DNA of 64,000 bases from an uncultured Gemmatimonadales bacterium (GTDB lineage Bacteria; Gemmatimonadota; Gemmatimonadetes; Gemmatimonadales; GWC2-71-9), in NCBI GenBank assembly GCA_963828735.1, contig CAWHFW010000005.1, positions 2,144,001-2,208,000 on the forward strand, read 5' to 3'. Under the pieces are notes generated by a model. That model saw nothing but the letters and a program-made list of their open reading frames with translations, had not been told where the DNA came from and did no database searches. The translations under genes were made by a program, and so were the position numbers. Every line of letters begins with the position of its first letter. Position 1 is the stretch's first letter. Positions 41,582 to 52,377 of the stretch are shown here, piece after piece.

Positions 41582-41727
41582 CCGGCGACGCGGGCCGACG
41601 CCAGACGTGCCATGCCATGTCGAGTGTTTCGACTAGCCCCCGAGTGGACCTGCCGGTCCGGGCCGGGGCGGTTCCGATGCCGACCGAAGGAGGGTGAGCG
41701 GAATGGGATCGCCCTCGAGCGTATCAC

Positions 41728-42147
41728 GTGATTCGACGTGCTTTGGTCGTCTGGGTCATCCTTTTGATCCTCGCCGTCGTGAACGGCGGCGTACGAGACA
41801 TGTGGTTGTCGCCGTGGCTCGGAGAGACCGCCGGTCGGGCGCTCAGCTCGGTGCTGTTGTCCGGCCTGATCGTGCTCGCCACATGGATGACGATCGGCTG
41901 GATCCGCCCGCCGGACGCACGTGCCGCGCTGGCCGTAGGGATACTCTGGCTCGGCCTGACGCTGATCTTCGAGTTTATCGTGGGGCACTTCGGGTTTCGG
42001 AAGACCTGGGCGGAGCTGCTCGCCGACTACGATCTTCGCCGGGGCCGAATCTGGATAGCGGTGCTGGTGGCCACCACGCTGGCGCCCCTGGGGATGGCGC
42101 GACTCCGGCAGCGTCACCCGGAATCTGGCAGAGCGGAGGGTGAATGA
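41728..42147 (+). CDS. Four-TM membrane protein
   Basis: LAVVNG..R, WL.LT..FEF..GH, LLADY....GRIW. Confidence 0.8.
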   Translation: MIRRALVVWVILLILAVVNGGVRDMWLSPWLGETAGRALSSVLLSGLIVLATWMTIGWIRPPDARAALAVGILWLGLTLIFEFIVGHFGFRKTWAELLADYDLRRGRIWIAVLVATTLAPLGMARLRQRHPESGRAEGE

Positions 42148-42704
42148 TTCGCAAGCTGCCTCCCGCCGATGCCGCCACGATCCCGGACCTTCGGGATACG
42201 ATCTTCGATGCGTGGCGGACGAACAATCGCCTGACGGTCTTTCTTTTCGAGCACCTGCCACCGAGCCTGTGGGCCGCCGCTGTCCCGGGCGCGCCCCGTC
42301 GCACGATCGGCATGATCGCGGGCCACGTGCACAACGCCCGGTGCCGATGGATCAAGTCCCTGGGCCAGGAATTCGGCATCCCCGTGCCGCGGAGCGTCGA
42401 CCGCCGGCGCGTCGGACGGCAGGAGCTGGTTCGGGGTCTCGACCGGAGCAGCCAGGGCATCCTCCGACTGCTGGCCCTCGGCTGTGAGCGCGGGGGTACG
42501 ATCCCGACGGCTTCGACCTACGTCTGGCGCAATCTACCGCTCGACGTCGGGCACGTGCTGAGCTATTTCGTGGCCCATGAGGCACACCACCGCGGCCAGA
42601 TCGTGCTCGCGGCGCGGGCGCTGGGGGAGCGACTTCCCGCCGCGGTCACGGACGGCCTCTGGCAATGGACCAAGCGTGCGGCGGAGGCGAAGAGTCGCGG
42701 GTGA
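42144..42704 (+). CDS. DinB family protein
   Basis: GHVHNAR..W and HEAHHRGQ His triad. Confidence 0.9.
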   Translation: MIRKLPPADAATIPDLRDTIFDAWRTNNRLTVFLFEHLPPSLWAAAVPGAPRRTIGMIAGHVHNARCRWIKSLGQEFGIPVPRSVDRRRVGRQELVRGLDRSSQGILRLLALGCERGGTIPTASTYVWRNLPLDVGHVLSYFVAHEAHHRGQIVLAARALGERLPAAVTDGLWQWTKRAAEAKSRG

Positions 42705-43951
42705 GACCCTCGGGATCCTCGGGATGGCGTGGCCCCCTCCTCTGGGTCGCTGGACTGGCCATCGCGTTGGCGCTCGCGATTCCGGTCGGGCTGCACCAGC
42801 ACCTCGGGGAAGACTTCCACGTGTTTTGGCAGGCGGGCCGCAACTTCGCGACCGGCGCGCCGCTCTATCACGACTCGCTGCCCGGTGCCCGGCCGCTCAA
42901 GTACCCGCCCTTCGCGGCCATGGCCTTCACCCCGCTCGCGCTGTTCTCCCTGCACGTGGCCGCCATCCTGATGTCGTTGCTCAACCTCGGCCTGTGGGTG
43001 GTCGCGGTCGGGCTGACGCGGCAGATCGTCGCGCGCACCTTGCCAGATCGCACTCCCTCCCCAGTGCCGCTGGTGCTCGCGTTCATCCTCAGCGCCCAGT
43101 TCTTCCTCGACAACTTTCATCACGTCCAGATGAACGAGGTGACGTTCGTCCTGGCCCTGCTCGGGATCAAGGCGTATCTGGACGGACGCGATGTGACCTC
43201 GGCGGCCGCGTTCGTCGCCGCGACGGCGCTCAAGATCACGCCCATCTTCTTCACCGCGTGGCTCGTGATCCGAGGTCGCCGTCGCGCGGCGCTCGCCGTG
43301 TTTCCGATCGCCCTCGCGTGCCTGCTCGTGCCCATGGTCCTCAGGGGTCCTTCCCGGGGCGTGGACGAGCTGCAGGAGTACTACCACAAGTTTCTCCGGC
43401 AGCATCAGCACGGGGAGATCGAGTCGTACTCGGCGGGACAGAACATCGCAGGCGTGGTGAACAGGATGACGCTCGCGCCCGCGTCTCCGGACCAGTCTTC
43501 CTTCCAGTGGGTGCCGGCCACCAGGCGGGCGGCGCAGCTCGCCTACCAAGGCGCGTGGGTCACCCTGCTGATGCTGTTTCTGGGCCGGCTGGTGCACCTG
43601 CGCGTGCGCCGGGCGCCGCTCAACGCCGACGAGCTGGCCATGATCTTCGCGACGTCCCTGTTGCTCAGCCCCATCACGTTCACGACCCACCTCGTGCCGC
43701 TGCTCTTCGTGTTCGCGACCGCACTGTCCGCGTGGCCGGTCGCCCGCGGCCCAGCGCGCGTGGTGGCGCTCGCGATCGGTGTCGGCATGGCCGTCTGCGG
43801 ATTGAGCGGGCGGGACCTCGTCGGCGGCGCGATGTACTTGGACGTCGGCGGCTACAGCGTGTGTGGCTGGACCATCCTGGCGCTCTTCGGCGTGACCCTG
43901 GTGCGTGGTGGGCGTGCGGGGCTGGCCATGGATGGAGAGCCGAAGGCATAG
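42701..43951 (+). CDS. Glycosyltransferase family 87 (DUF2029) membrane protein
   Basis: DFHVF, KYPPF, QMN, LKITP, SPITFTTH; multi-TM. Confidence 0.85.
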   Translation: MRPSGSSGWRGPLLWVAGLAIALALAIPVGLHQHLGEDFHVFWQAGRNFATGAPLYHDSLPGARPLKYPPFAAMAFTPLALFSLHVAAILMSLLNLGLWVVAVGLTRQIVARTLPDRTPSPVPLVLAFILSAQFFLDNFHHVQMNEVTFVLALLGIKAYLDGRDVTSAAAFVAATALKITPIFFTAWLVIRGRRRAALAVFPIALACLLVPMVLRGPSRGVDELQEYYHKFLRQHQHGEIESYSAGQNIAGVVNRMTLAPASPDQSSFQWVPATRRAAQLAYQGAWVTLLMLFLGRLVHLRVRRAPLNADELAMIFATSLLLSPITFTTHLVPLLFVFATALSAWPVARGPARVVALAIGVGMAVCGLSGRDLVGGAMYLDVGGYSVCGWTILALFGVTLVRGGRAGLAMDGEPKA

Positions 43952-43967
43952 GGGGGCACCAGAGCCC

Positions 43968-46900
43968 TCACGAGGCCGCGCTTTCGCGCGAGTGCATGGC
44001 GAGGCCCCGACGGTGGACCGGCTCCCCGAAGATCTCGAGGAACACGGGCACGATCAGCAGCGTGACGAGCGTCGAGACCACGAGGCCGCCCACCACGGCG
44101 AGCGCGAGCGGCCGCTGCAGCTCCGCCCCGGCGCCGAGGCCGAGTGACAGCGGCACGAGGCCGGCCAGCGTGCATACGGTGGTCATGAGGATCGGCCGCA
44201 GCCGGACCCTGCCGGCGTGGGCCAGCGCTGCCGCCGGCTCCTCTCCCGCGTCGGACGCGTGGCGGGCGGCGTCGAGCAGCAGGATGCCGTTCTTCACGAT
44301 CAGCCCCACCAGCAGGATCAGTCCCATGAAGCTCGAGACGTTGAACGGAACCCCCGTCACGCCGAGCATCGTCAGCGCGCCGGTCACGCCGAGCGGCACG
44401 GCGAGGACGATGGCGAGCGGGCCGCGGAAGCTCTCGAACTGCGCCACCAGCAGCAGCAGCACCGCGCCGAGCGCGAGGGCCAGCACGCCGAGCAGCTCGC
44501 GGAACGCGGCCTGCTGGCTGGCGTACTGCCCGCCGACCTGCAGCGTCACGCCCGCCGGCAGCGCCACCCGACCCAGCGCCCGCCGCACGTCGCCCATTAC
44601 GCCGCCGAGACTGCGGCCGCTGGTCCGCCCGGTCACCGCGACGTATGGCCGGAGATTCTCGCGCAGGAGCTCGCTCGCCCCGCCGGTGTCGCGCACTTCG
44701 CCGAGCTGAGCCAGCGGAAGCCAGCCGCCGGGCCCGATGATCGGCACCCGCGCGATGGCGTCGCCCTGGGCGCGCACGCTGTCGGCCAGTCGCACGCGGA
44801 TCGGCACCAGCCGGTCCGGCTCCCGCGCGGTGCCGGCGTCCGCGCCGAAGAGGGCCGCCCGCGCCTGGGCCTCGACCTCCCCGGCCGTGAGCCCCAGCCG
44901 CGCGACGCGCGCCGGGTCGAGCTCGACCCGGCGCTCGGGGTTGGGGCCCTGCACGCCGTCGAACAGGTCCACCAGGCCGGGCGTCGGCTCGATCGCCGCC
45001 GCCACCGCCCGGGCCGCGCGTTCGGCGGCGGCCTGGTCCCGGCTGAACAGCTTGAGCTCGACCGGCTCCGGCGCGCCGGCCAGGTCGCCGATCACGTCCT
45101 GCATGAGCTGCACGAACTCCACTCGCACGGCTGGCGCCCTCTCCTCCGCCGCCGCGCGCACCCGATCCATGACCTTGTAAACCGACGGCCGGGCACCGCG
45201 CGCCTTGAGCAGCACCGTGAAGTCGCCGCGATTGGGCGACGTGGCTGCGAAGCCGAGCTCGCTGCCGGTCCGGCGGGTGAACGCCTGCACCGCGGGGTCG
45301 GCCAGCAGAATGCCCTCGAGCACGCGCACCTGGCGGTCGGTCTCGGAGAGGGCGGCGCCGGTCGGCGCCCAGTAGTCGAGGATGAAGCCGCCCTCGTCCA
45401 TCTCGGGGAGGAAGCCGGTCCCGATCACGCGAGAGAGGCCCAGACCGAGCGCCAGCAGCGCGACGCATGCGCCGACGGCCGCTGCGCGGTGCGCGAGCAT
45501 CCAGCCGATGGCCCGGGCGTAGCGCTCCTCCAGCGCACGGAGCGAGAGTCGCGGGGCCCGCCGCCCCCGCGCCTCGCGGGCGGCCCACTGCGCGACCACC
45601 GCCGGAATCACCGTCATCGCGAGTGCGAGCGAGATGAGCACGGCCACCGCGAGCGCGATGGCGAACGACCGGAAGAACTCGCCCACCACGCCGGTGAGGA
45701 GCCCGAGCGGCGCGAAGACGACGACCGTGGTGAGGGTCGAGCCGGCCACCGGCCCGAGGATCTCGTCGGTGCCCGTCCGCACCACCTCCGCCGGCGGCTC
45801 GTCCGGGTGCAGCGCGAGCCGGCGCTCGATGTTCTCCACCACGACGACCGCGTCGTCGATGATGATGCCGATCGCCACCGCCAGGCCGCCCAGGCTCATC
45901 AGGTTGAGCGAATCGCCCGCCAGCGCCAGGCCGAGAAGCGTGATGGCGACGGTGAGCGGCAGGCTGAGCGCGGCGGCCGCCGTCGTCCGCCATTCGCCGA
46001 GGAAGAGGAGCAGCACGAGCACCGCGAGGGCGCCCCCGAGCAGCATCGCGTCGCGGACGCTCCGCATGGAGTCGCGCACGAGCGCGGCCTGGTCGTACAC
46101 CGACTCGAGGCGCACGCCGGCCGGCAGCAGGGGGCGGAGCGAGTCCAGCGCCGCCCGCACCGCGGCCTGCAGGCGCAGCGTGTTGCCGTTCGGCTGGCGG
46201 GACACGTTGACCAGCGCGGCGGGCCGGCCGTTGCCGGCCACGATCTGGAAGAGGTCCTGGGCGCCGTAGCTCACGGTGCCCAGGTCGGCCACGCGCACCG
46301 GCCGCGGCCCGCTCTCGCGGACGACGACCCGTCCCACCGCCTCCGGCGTGTTGGTGAGCCCCGAGACGACGACGGCGTACTGCCGGTAGTCGCGGTCGGT
46401 GCGGCCCGCCGCCGCTTCCACGTCCGTGCCGCCGATCGCCTGGGCGACCTGGTCCACGCTCACGCTGTTCGCCGCGAGGCGGGCCGGGTCGAGCTCCACC
46501 GCGATCTCGCGGACGCGCCCGCCTTCGACCGCGACCTCGCCCACGTCCGGCAGCCCGGCCAGCCGCGGCCGCACGGTGCGCTCGGCGAGGTCCCGGAGGA
46601 CGAGCGGGTCGGCCCCCGTGAGCTCGTACTGCAGCATCGGAAACACTGACGGCGTGAGCCGCTCGGCGCTGAGGTCGAGCCCGTCGGGCAACGTGCCCCG
46701 CGCCGCGGCCAGCCGGCCCTGCACCTGGCTCAGCGCGAACTGCATGTCGGCGTTGGGACGGAAGTCGAGGCTCAGCTCCGCCGAGCCGCGGACGGTGAGC
46801 GTGCGGACGCGCCGGAGGCCGAGGATGCCGCTCAGCGCCTCCTCGAGCGGTCGGGTGACCGCGACCGTCATCTGCTCCGCCTCGAACGTGCCGCCCCGCG

Positions 46901-47045
46901 CGAGCACGACGATGCGTGGGTACGTCACCTCCGGATAGATCCCCGCGGGCAGCGTGAGCAGCGCCCATACGCCGCCCAGCGCGAGCAGCGCGACGGTGAG
47001 ATAGACGGCCGCCCGGTGCCTGAGGAAGAGACCGGTGAGCCTCAC
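43968..47045 (-). CDS. RND efflux inner-membrane transporter (AcrB/CzcA family)
   Basis: SLGGLAVAIGIIIDDAVVVVEN, FLPEMDEG, LIVKNGILL, RLRPILMT; GTG start overlapping the MFP stop. Confidence 0.95.
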   Translation of the reverse strand: MRLTGLFLRHRAAVYLTVALLALGGVWALLTLPAGIYPEVTYPRIVVLARGGTFEAEQMTVAVTRPLEEALSGILGLRRVRTLTVRGSAELSLDFRPNADMQFALSQVQGRLAAARGTLPDGLDLSAERLTPSVFPMLQYELTGADPLVLRDLAERTVRPRLAGLPDVGEVAVEGGRVREIAVELDPARLAANSVSVDQVAQAIGGTDVEAAAGRTDRDYRQYAVVVSGLTNTPEAVGRVVVRESGPRPVRVADLGTVSYGAQDLFQIVAGNGRPAALVNVSRQPNGNTLRLQAAVRAALDSLRPLLPAGVRLESVYDQAALVRDSMRSVRDAMLLGGALAVLVLLLFLGEWRTTAAAALSLPLTVAITLLGLALAGDSLNLMSLGGLAVAIGIIIDDAVVVVENIERRLALHPDEPPAEVVRTGTDEILGPVAGSTLTTVVVFAPLGLLTGVVGEFFRSFAIALAVAVLISLALAMTVIPAVVAQWAAREARGRRAPRLSLRALEERYARAIGWMLAHRAAAVGACVALLALGLGLSRVIGTGFLPEMDEGGFILDYWAPTGAALSETDRQVRVLEGILLADPAVQAFTRRTGSELGFAATSPNRGDFTVLLKARGARPSVYKVMDRVRAAAEERAPAVRVEFVQLMQDVIGDLAGAPEPVELKLFSRDQAAAERAARAVAAAIEPTPGLVDLFDGVQGPNPERRVELDPARVARLGLTAGEVEAQARAALFGADAGTAREPDRLVPIRVRLADSVRAQGDAIARVPIIGPGGWLPLAQLGEVRDTGGASELLRENLRPYVAVTGRTSGRSLGGVMGDVRRALGRVALPAGVTLQVGGQYASQQAAFRELLGVLALALGAVLLLLVAQFESFRGPLAIVLAVPLGVTGALTMLGVTGVPFNVSSFMGLILLVGLIVKNGILLLDAARHASDAGEEPAAALAHAGRVRLRPILMTTVCTLAGLVPLSLGLGAGAELQRPLALAVVGGLVVSTLVTLLIVPVFLEIFGEPVHRRGLAMHSRESAAS

Positions 47046-48097
47046 CGCGCGGATCCGGCGGCCGCGGCCGTCGGCACGACGTGCATCCCATCCTCCAGGC
47101 CGAAGGCGCCGGTGGTCACGACACGCTCGCCCTCGCGCACGTCGCCCCGGATCTCGGTCCGGCCGCCGGCGCGAAGCCCGCGTGTCACGGTGCGCGCGTG
47201 CGCCACCGAGTCCGGCCCTACGACGAACACCACCGTGCTGTCGCCGGCGAGCACCACCGCCGAATCGGGAGCGACCAGCACGTCGCGCCGGACGCCCAGG
47301 CGGATCCGCGCCGTGGCCGCCGCGCCCGAATGCAGCCGGCCGGCGCCGTTCGGCACGCGGATCACGGCCTCCCCGGCGTTGGTGAGGGTGTCGACGCCCG
47401 GGGCGAGCGCGGCGAGCCAGCCGTGGGCGACCGCGGTGTCGCCGTCTTGCACGACATCCACCGCCAGCCCGGTGCGGAGGCGCCCGAGCTCGGGCGCGGG
47501 CACCGGTGCGGCCAGGTCGAGGGTATCGGCCGCGACCACTTGCGCCAGTGCATTGCCGGCGTCCACCCGCTCGCCTGGCTGGACCATCACCTCCTGAACC
47601 CGGCCCGCGACCGGGCTCGCGACCCGCGTGCGGGCCAGGAGGTCGTGCGCGGCGGCGGCGGCGGCGGCCGTCTGCCCGGCATTCGCGGCCGCCTCCTCGG
47701 CCTGGCGCGCCGACGTAATCCCGTCGGCCAGCAGTTGCTGCTGCCGCGCCGCCTCGCGCTCGGCCTGCGACGCTACGGCGGCCTTCTGCGCGGCGTCGGC
47801 CGCGAGCTCGGGCACCTCCAGCTCGACCACGACCGCACCCCGGGCGACGCGGTCGCCGACCTGCGCGCGCACCGCCCGCACTACGCCGGCCGCGGGCGCC
47901 GCGAGGAGCGCGCCGCCGCCGGGCCGCGGCTCCAGGCGGCCGGTCAGCGCCAGCGTTTCGGCGAGGGAGTCGCGCGCGATCATGCCCAGCGCGACCGGGA
48001 CCCGCGCTGGCGCGGCGCGCTCTTCGGCGCCGCTGTCGCCGCCCGAGCCGCAGGCGGCGAGCAGGACGAGCCCGGCCGACAGGAGGCCCCGGGTCAC
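47042..48097 (-). CDS. RND periplasmic adaptor (MFP) lipoprotein
   Basis: VLLAAC lipobox, lipoyl half-motifs, GERVVTTGAFGL. Confidence 0.92.
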   Translation of the reverse strand: MTRGLLSAGLVLLAACGSGGDSGAEERAAPARVPVALGMIARDSLAETLALTGRLEPRPGGGALLAAPAAGVVRAVRAQVGDRVARGAVVVELEVPELAADAAQKAAVASQAEREAARQQQLLADGITSARQAEEAAANAGQTAAAAAAAHDLLARTRVASPVAGRVQEVMVQPGERVDAGNALAQVVAADTLDLAAPVPAPELGRLRTGLAVDVVQDGDTAVAHGWLAALAPGVDTLTNAGEAVIRVPNGAGRLHSGAAATARIRLGVRRDVLVAPDSAVVLAGDSTVVFVVGPDSVAHARTVTRGLRAGGRTEIRGDVREGERVVTTGAFGLEDGMHVVPTAAAAGSAR

Positions 48098-49266
48098 TCG
48101 GCGTATCCGGCGAGGGCGTGCCAGTCGGCGAGCGCCTCCTGGAAGGCGAGCTCGTCCTGTATGGCGGCGAGCGACGCGTCGCGCTCGCCACGGAGCGCGT
48201 CCAGCACCGGGAAGATTCCGGTCTCGCCGGCCTGGTACGCCCGTAGCGCCCTCCCGCGCAGCACGGCGGCGCCCGGGACGATCGAGTCGCGGTCGAACCG
48301 CGCGCGGGCCGCGGTCTCCTCGAGATGGATGCGGGCCAGCCGCAGCTGCCGCACGACGTCGAGCCGGGCCTCGCGCGCCAGCGCCGACGCCCGGTCCGCG
48401 CGGGCCGTCGCTTCGGCCGCGGTGCCCCCGCCGATGTTCCACAGCGGGAACGGCACCGCGATGCCGATGACGCCCAGCGTGCCCGGCTGCGACTCGTCGC
48501 CCCACTCCGCGCCCGCCTGGACCGTCGGCATGGGGATGCGCGCCCGGTCGGCGCTTCGCGCCTGGGCGGCGGCCGCAGCCGAGTCCGCCGTTGCGGTGCG
48601 CACTGCCGGCAGGGTGGCGAGGTCGATCGCGGTGTCGGGAAGCTGGTCCACGTCCGCGTCGAGGGCACCCATCGGGATCGGCGGCGCGCCCTCCCAGGCG
48701 ATCGCTCGCGCCAGCTCCGCTTCGCCCACGCGCGCGACCTCGCGCGCGGTCGCGGCGGTCTGCCGGGCGCGCGCCGCCTCCTGGGCCGCCTGCTCCTGCT
48801 CCAGCAGCGAAATGTCGCCGGCGCGGAGCCGTGCGGCCGCGAGCCGGGCCACCGAGTCGGCCAGAGACGCCTGCGCGCTCACCAGCGACTCCGCCACGCG
48901 CGAGGCGCGTGCACGGTAGAACGCGCTCCGCACGTCGCGCAGCAGCCCGGCCAGGGCGAGCGACGAGTCGGCCAGCGCGCGCTCGACGCCGGCCTCCCCG
49001 GCCGAGCGGTTGCTGCCGCGTCGGAGCAGCCAGTCAAGCGGCTGGTCCACCAGCAGGTGGTTGCGAGGGGTGGATTCGCTGTGGCTGTACGACACGGTGG
49101 GATTCGAGATGGTGCCCGCCACGCGGAGAGCCCCGCGCGCCTCGGCCACGCCCGCCGCCGCCGCGGCGACGACGCCACGCGCGTGCCGCGCGTGGTCGAG
49201 CGCCTGCGCCAGGGAGATCGAGTCGGCCGGCGATTGGATCAGGAGAGCGATAGTCAGCAGAATCAT
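48094..49266 (-). CDS. TolC/CzcC family outer-membrane channel
   Basis: Signal peptide, AGDISLLE, PLWN.GG, YQAGETG. Confidence 0.9.
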   Translation of the reverse strand: MILLTIALLIQSPADSISLAQALDHARHARGVVAAAAAGVAEARGALRVAGTISNPTVSYSHSESTPRNHLLVDQPLDWLLRRGSNRSAGEAGVERALADSSLALAGLLRDVRSAFYRARASRVAESLVSAQASLADSVARLAAARLRAGDISLLEQEQAAQEAARARQTAATAREVARVGEAELARAIAWEGAPPIPMGALDADVDQLPDTAIDLATLPAVRTATADSAAAAAQARSADRARIPMPTVQAGAEWGDESQPGTLGVIGIAVPFPLWNIGGGTAAEATARADRASALAREARLDVVRQLRLARIHLEETAARARFDRDSIVPGAAVLRGRALRAYQAGETGIFPVLDALRGERDASLAAIQDELAFQEALADWHALAGYAE

Positions 49267-49443
49267 CGGCGTGCCGCCTTCGCACTCACGCGCCGAGAGC
49301 CGGGACGGGCAGGGAGGTGGAGGGACACGGCTGGAACCTGCACTGCCGGAGTCAGGCGCGCAAAGGCGGGCGAAGGGCATCACGGACCTGGGGCGTGTGG
49401 CATCCCCGAGGACCATGATCCGGGTGGTCTGAGGATCGGATTC

Positions 49444-50967
49444 TCAGCTCTTCGTGATCCGGATCCGGTCGATCTCCGCCCCCGATTCGTCAATCTGCCT
49501 GAGGATCAGCTCGGTCGCCTGAACATCGACGACCGTCAGCGAATGCCGGTCGGACACCAGCCGATCCACATAGGCGACGTTCCCGTCTTCGGGGCGGACC
49601 CACCGTGACGGCTGACCGGTGAAATCCACGTCGTACAGGCGCTTGCCGCCGGCGCCGGTCGTGAGGTAGATGATGCCCCGGGGCCGCGTGACCCGCACGC
49701 CGTCGAACGCGGTGTCCACGGTAAAGGTGCCGGGCACCAGTCGCTTCCTGGCGTTGAGGCTCCCGGCCGCGCCCGGCCCCGACGGTGCGAAGCGGATCGG
49801 TCGGGTGCGCTGGTAGTTGTGCTCGTGGCCGTGAAAGACGATCGCGACGTCGTGCCGCTCGAACAGCGGCGCGAGCACCCGCATGTGCTGCTCCTCGTAG
49901 TGCTCGACGCCCACGTTGAACGCCGGATGATGGTAGACCACGAACTTCCACGCGGCGTCGGTGCCCGCGAGGTCTTCGGCCATCCACGCCTGCCACTCCG
50001 CGTCGGTCGGATCCAGATAGAGGTTGGAGTCGAGGCAGAGGAAGTGGACGTCCCCGTAGTCGAACGAATAGTTGGCCATGCGCGGAAACCGGGCGCCCGC
50101 GCAGGCCCGGAACGCGTCGAGACGGGCCGCCGCACCGACCACCGGCGTGGGCCGCCGGTGGATGGGCGCGTTCAGGGGCAGGTGCATGTTGGTGAAGTAG
50201 GCTAGGGAGTCAGCGTCGGCATCGAAGTCGGCCACCGGGTGGTCGTCGGCGGTCTTGCCGTTGACGTCGTGGTTCGCGATCACCGTGTAGAACGGAATCG
50301 AGCGAAGGAGCGGCGCCCCGGTGCGCGGCGTGGCCCGGTCGGCATTGTAGACCGGGAAGAAGTAGCGGGCATACTCGGTGTCGAGACCGCTCTCGTAAAC
50401 GTTGTCCCCGGTGTTCATCACGAAATCGGGCCGGGCCTGATAGGCATGGTAGGCGATGGCGTGGTCGCTGATGTCGCCGTAGGAGTTGTCGCCGAACGCG
50501 ACGAATCGGGTCGGGGTGCCGCGCGGCTTCCGGGTGGTGAAGTACCCCTCGGCGATCCGCTCGCCCCGGAGGGTCACGCGGTAATGATAGGTCTCGCCGA
50601 GCCGGAGGCCCTCGAAGGCGGCCGTGTAATTGAGCCGCGCCTCCCCGTCCTCCTTGTCGGCGGCCGAGCGGCGGTTGACCGTGACGTCGGCCGTGCTCCT
50701 GTACTGGGTCGTGGGCCCGAAGACGACGCGGAAGTCGGCTGGGGTGGCCTCGGTCTGCCAGGCGAGGATCACCCGCTCCTGGTCCGCCACGAGCCGGCTG
50801 TTGTCTCCCGGTTGTACGTAGGGCAGGGCCGTGAACAGCGGCGGCTCCGCGCCCGGAACCGATACAGAGCGCAGCGCGAAGCGGCCCCGCGACACCGGCA
50901 CCAGCGCGAGAAACGTGAGTCCGCCGGCGGCCTTGAGCAGGTCGCGCCGGCTGATGTCAGCCGACAT
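49444..50967 (-). CDS. Tat-exported purple-acid-phosphatase-like metallophosphoesterase
   Basis: SRRDLLK Tat motif; FGD, GDNVY, ANHD, HHP, GHEH, GAGG. Confidence 0.9.
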   Translation of the reverse strand: MSADISRRDLLKAAGGLTFLALVPVSRGRFALRSVSVPGAEPPLFTALPYVQPGDNSRLVADQERVILAWQTEATPADFRVVFGPTTQYRSTADVTVNRRSAADKEDGEARLNYTAAFEGLRLGETYHYRVTLRGERIAEGYFTTRKPRGTPTRFVAFGDNSYGDISDHAIAYHAYQARPDFVMNTGDNVYESGLDTEYARYFFPVYNADRATPRTGAPLLRSIPFYTVIANHDVNGKTADDHPVADFDADADSLAYFTNMHLPLNAPIHRRPTPVVGAAARLDAFRACAGARFPRMANYSFDYGDVHFLCLDSNLYLDPTDAEWQAWMAEDLAGTDAAWKFVVYHHPAFNVGVEHYEEQHMRVLAPLFERHDVAIVFHGHEHNYQRTRPIRFAPSGPGAAGSLNARKRLVPGTFTVDTAFDGVRVTRPRGIIYLTTGAGGKRLYDVDFTGQPSRWVRPEDGNVAYVDRLVSDRHSLTVVDVQATELILRQIDESGAEIDRIRITKS

Positions 50968-51045
50968 GCTTGTCTCTCTCTCTGCGTCCCGGGCTCACCG
51001 ATTCAGCCGTACGCGGACGAGTCGCTGGGACGGAAGCGCCCACGA

Positions 51046-52107
51046 TCAGGGCTCGAGCACCAGCAGCGCGAATGTGCCTGGCACGAGGCTCGGCCGCGGA
51101 TGGGGCTCGCTGGGCGTCGGGGCCGGCGTCGGCCCGAACGCGGACGTCACGGTGTAGATCCGATGGGTGCGTCCGTCAAGCGCCATCGTCCTCGCGCCGG
51201 GCCGTGTAGTCACCGTCGAGACGACGTGAAAGGTGGCCGGGCTGTCCTCGTGAACCACGGTCAGCGTGCCGTCGCCGTTCGACGCGAACGCCAGCTGTGA
51301 CGAGGGATCGAACGCATTGCCGTCCACGCCCCCGCCGATCGGCACCTGCGCAATCACCTTGCCATGTACGGCGTCGGAGATGGCCATGATCTTGTTGTGG
51401 CATCCGCTGAACAGCAGGTGATGGTCGCGGTCGATCGCCAGGCCGGTGGGCTCCTCGCACGGCGCAAGGGACCAGCGCCGGAGCACCCGCATCGCCGTGG
51501 GATCGATCTCCACGATTTCCGCCTTGTCCTCCAGGTTCACGTACAGGCGTCCGTCGCCGGTCGTCACGCCGAACTCGGGCTTGCCGCCGAGCGGGATGCT
51601 GCCGATCAGTACCCCCGACACCGGATCGAGCACGCTGGAGGTGGCGGCGTCGCCGTTGAATGTGAAGATGCGCTTCGAGGCGGGGTCGTAGAGCACGGCG
51701 TCCGCATCGTCGGCGGCCACCGTCCGCCGGAGCACGTGCAGCGTGGCGAGGTCGAACATCGTGACGGTGCTGTCGTGTCCCGACGTGGCGAACCCATGGC
51801 TCGTCGCATAGACAAGGGCTACGCCGTGGGCGCCGTTGAGCCCCGGCACCTCGCCCAGCAGCTTCCCAGAATCTGGGTCCACCACCATCACGCGGGTCTG
51901 CCGGGCGATGAACAGCCGGTGACGGGCGGTGTCCACGGTGACGTAGTCCCAGCGGCCGTCTCCGCCGAGGGTGATATCCCTGGCGACGTGATACCCGGCG
52001 GCCGGAGGGCTCGTTTGGGCGGAGAGGCCGGTGGCGGGTGCCGCGAGCAGGCAGAGCGCCGTGATCAGACGGCGGGGGAGGAGAGGGGTCGCTTTCGTCG
52101 AGGTCAT
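51046..52107 (-). CDS. YncE/YVTN beta-propeller secreted protein
   Basis: GDGRWDY, AHGVAL, PEF, CEEPTGLAID, GARTMALD. Confidence 0.9.
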   Translation of the reverse strand: MTSTKATPLLPRRLITALCLLAAPATGLSAQTSPPAAGYHVARDITLGGDGRWDYVTVDTARHRLFIARQTRVMVVDPDSGKLLGEVPGLNGAHGVALVYATSHGFATSGHDSTVTMFDLATLHVLRRTVAADDADAVLYDPASKRIFTFNGDAATSSVLDPVSGVLIGSIPLGGKPEFGVTTGDGRLYVNLEDKAEIVEIDPTAMRVLRRWSLAPCEEPTGLAIDRDHHLLFSGCHNKIMAISDAVHGKVIAQVPIGGGVDGNAFDPSSQLAFASNGDGTLTVVHEDSPATFHVVSTVTTRPGARTMALDGRTHRIYTVTSAFGPTPAPTPSEPHPRPSLVPGTFALLVLEP

Positions 52108-52377
52108 GGAGGTGTCGCGTCTAGGGAAAAAGCGTCGGGGCCGTCCCGGGCCAGCGGGCTCCGCGTCATCGCTTGGAGGATAGTCAGGTTGCGTAACGAT
52201 GGCGCAGCACGGTTCGGGCACCGCCTGCCGGCCCGTCGCGAATGGTGCTTTTCGGCTGCGTGTCCCCTTCCGCACGTCGCGTCGCGCGAGACAGATTGAG
52301 GGCAGCCTCGAAGCCGAGCACCCCTGTCCTGTCACATCGAGCGAACTCCCTTCCTTGATATCCACCAAGGAGTCGCG

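Noticed and set aside
43968..48668. 1566-aa giant ORF
   Set aside because: The first ~540 aa are an off-frame read through the TolC/MFP genes; the RND protein starts at GTG 47045.
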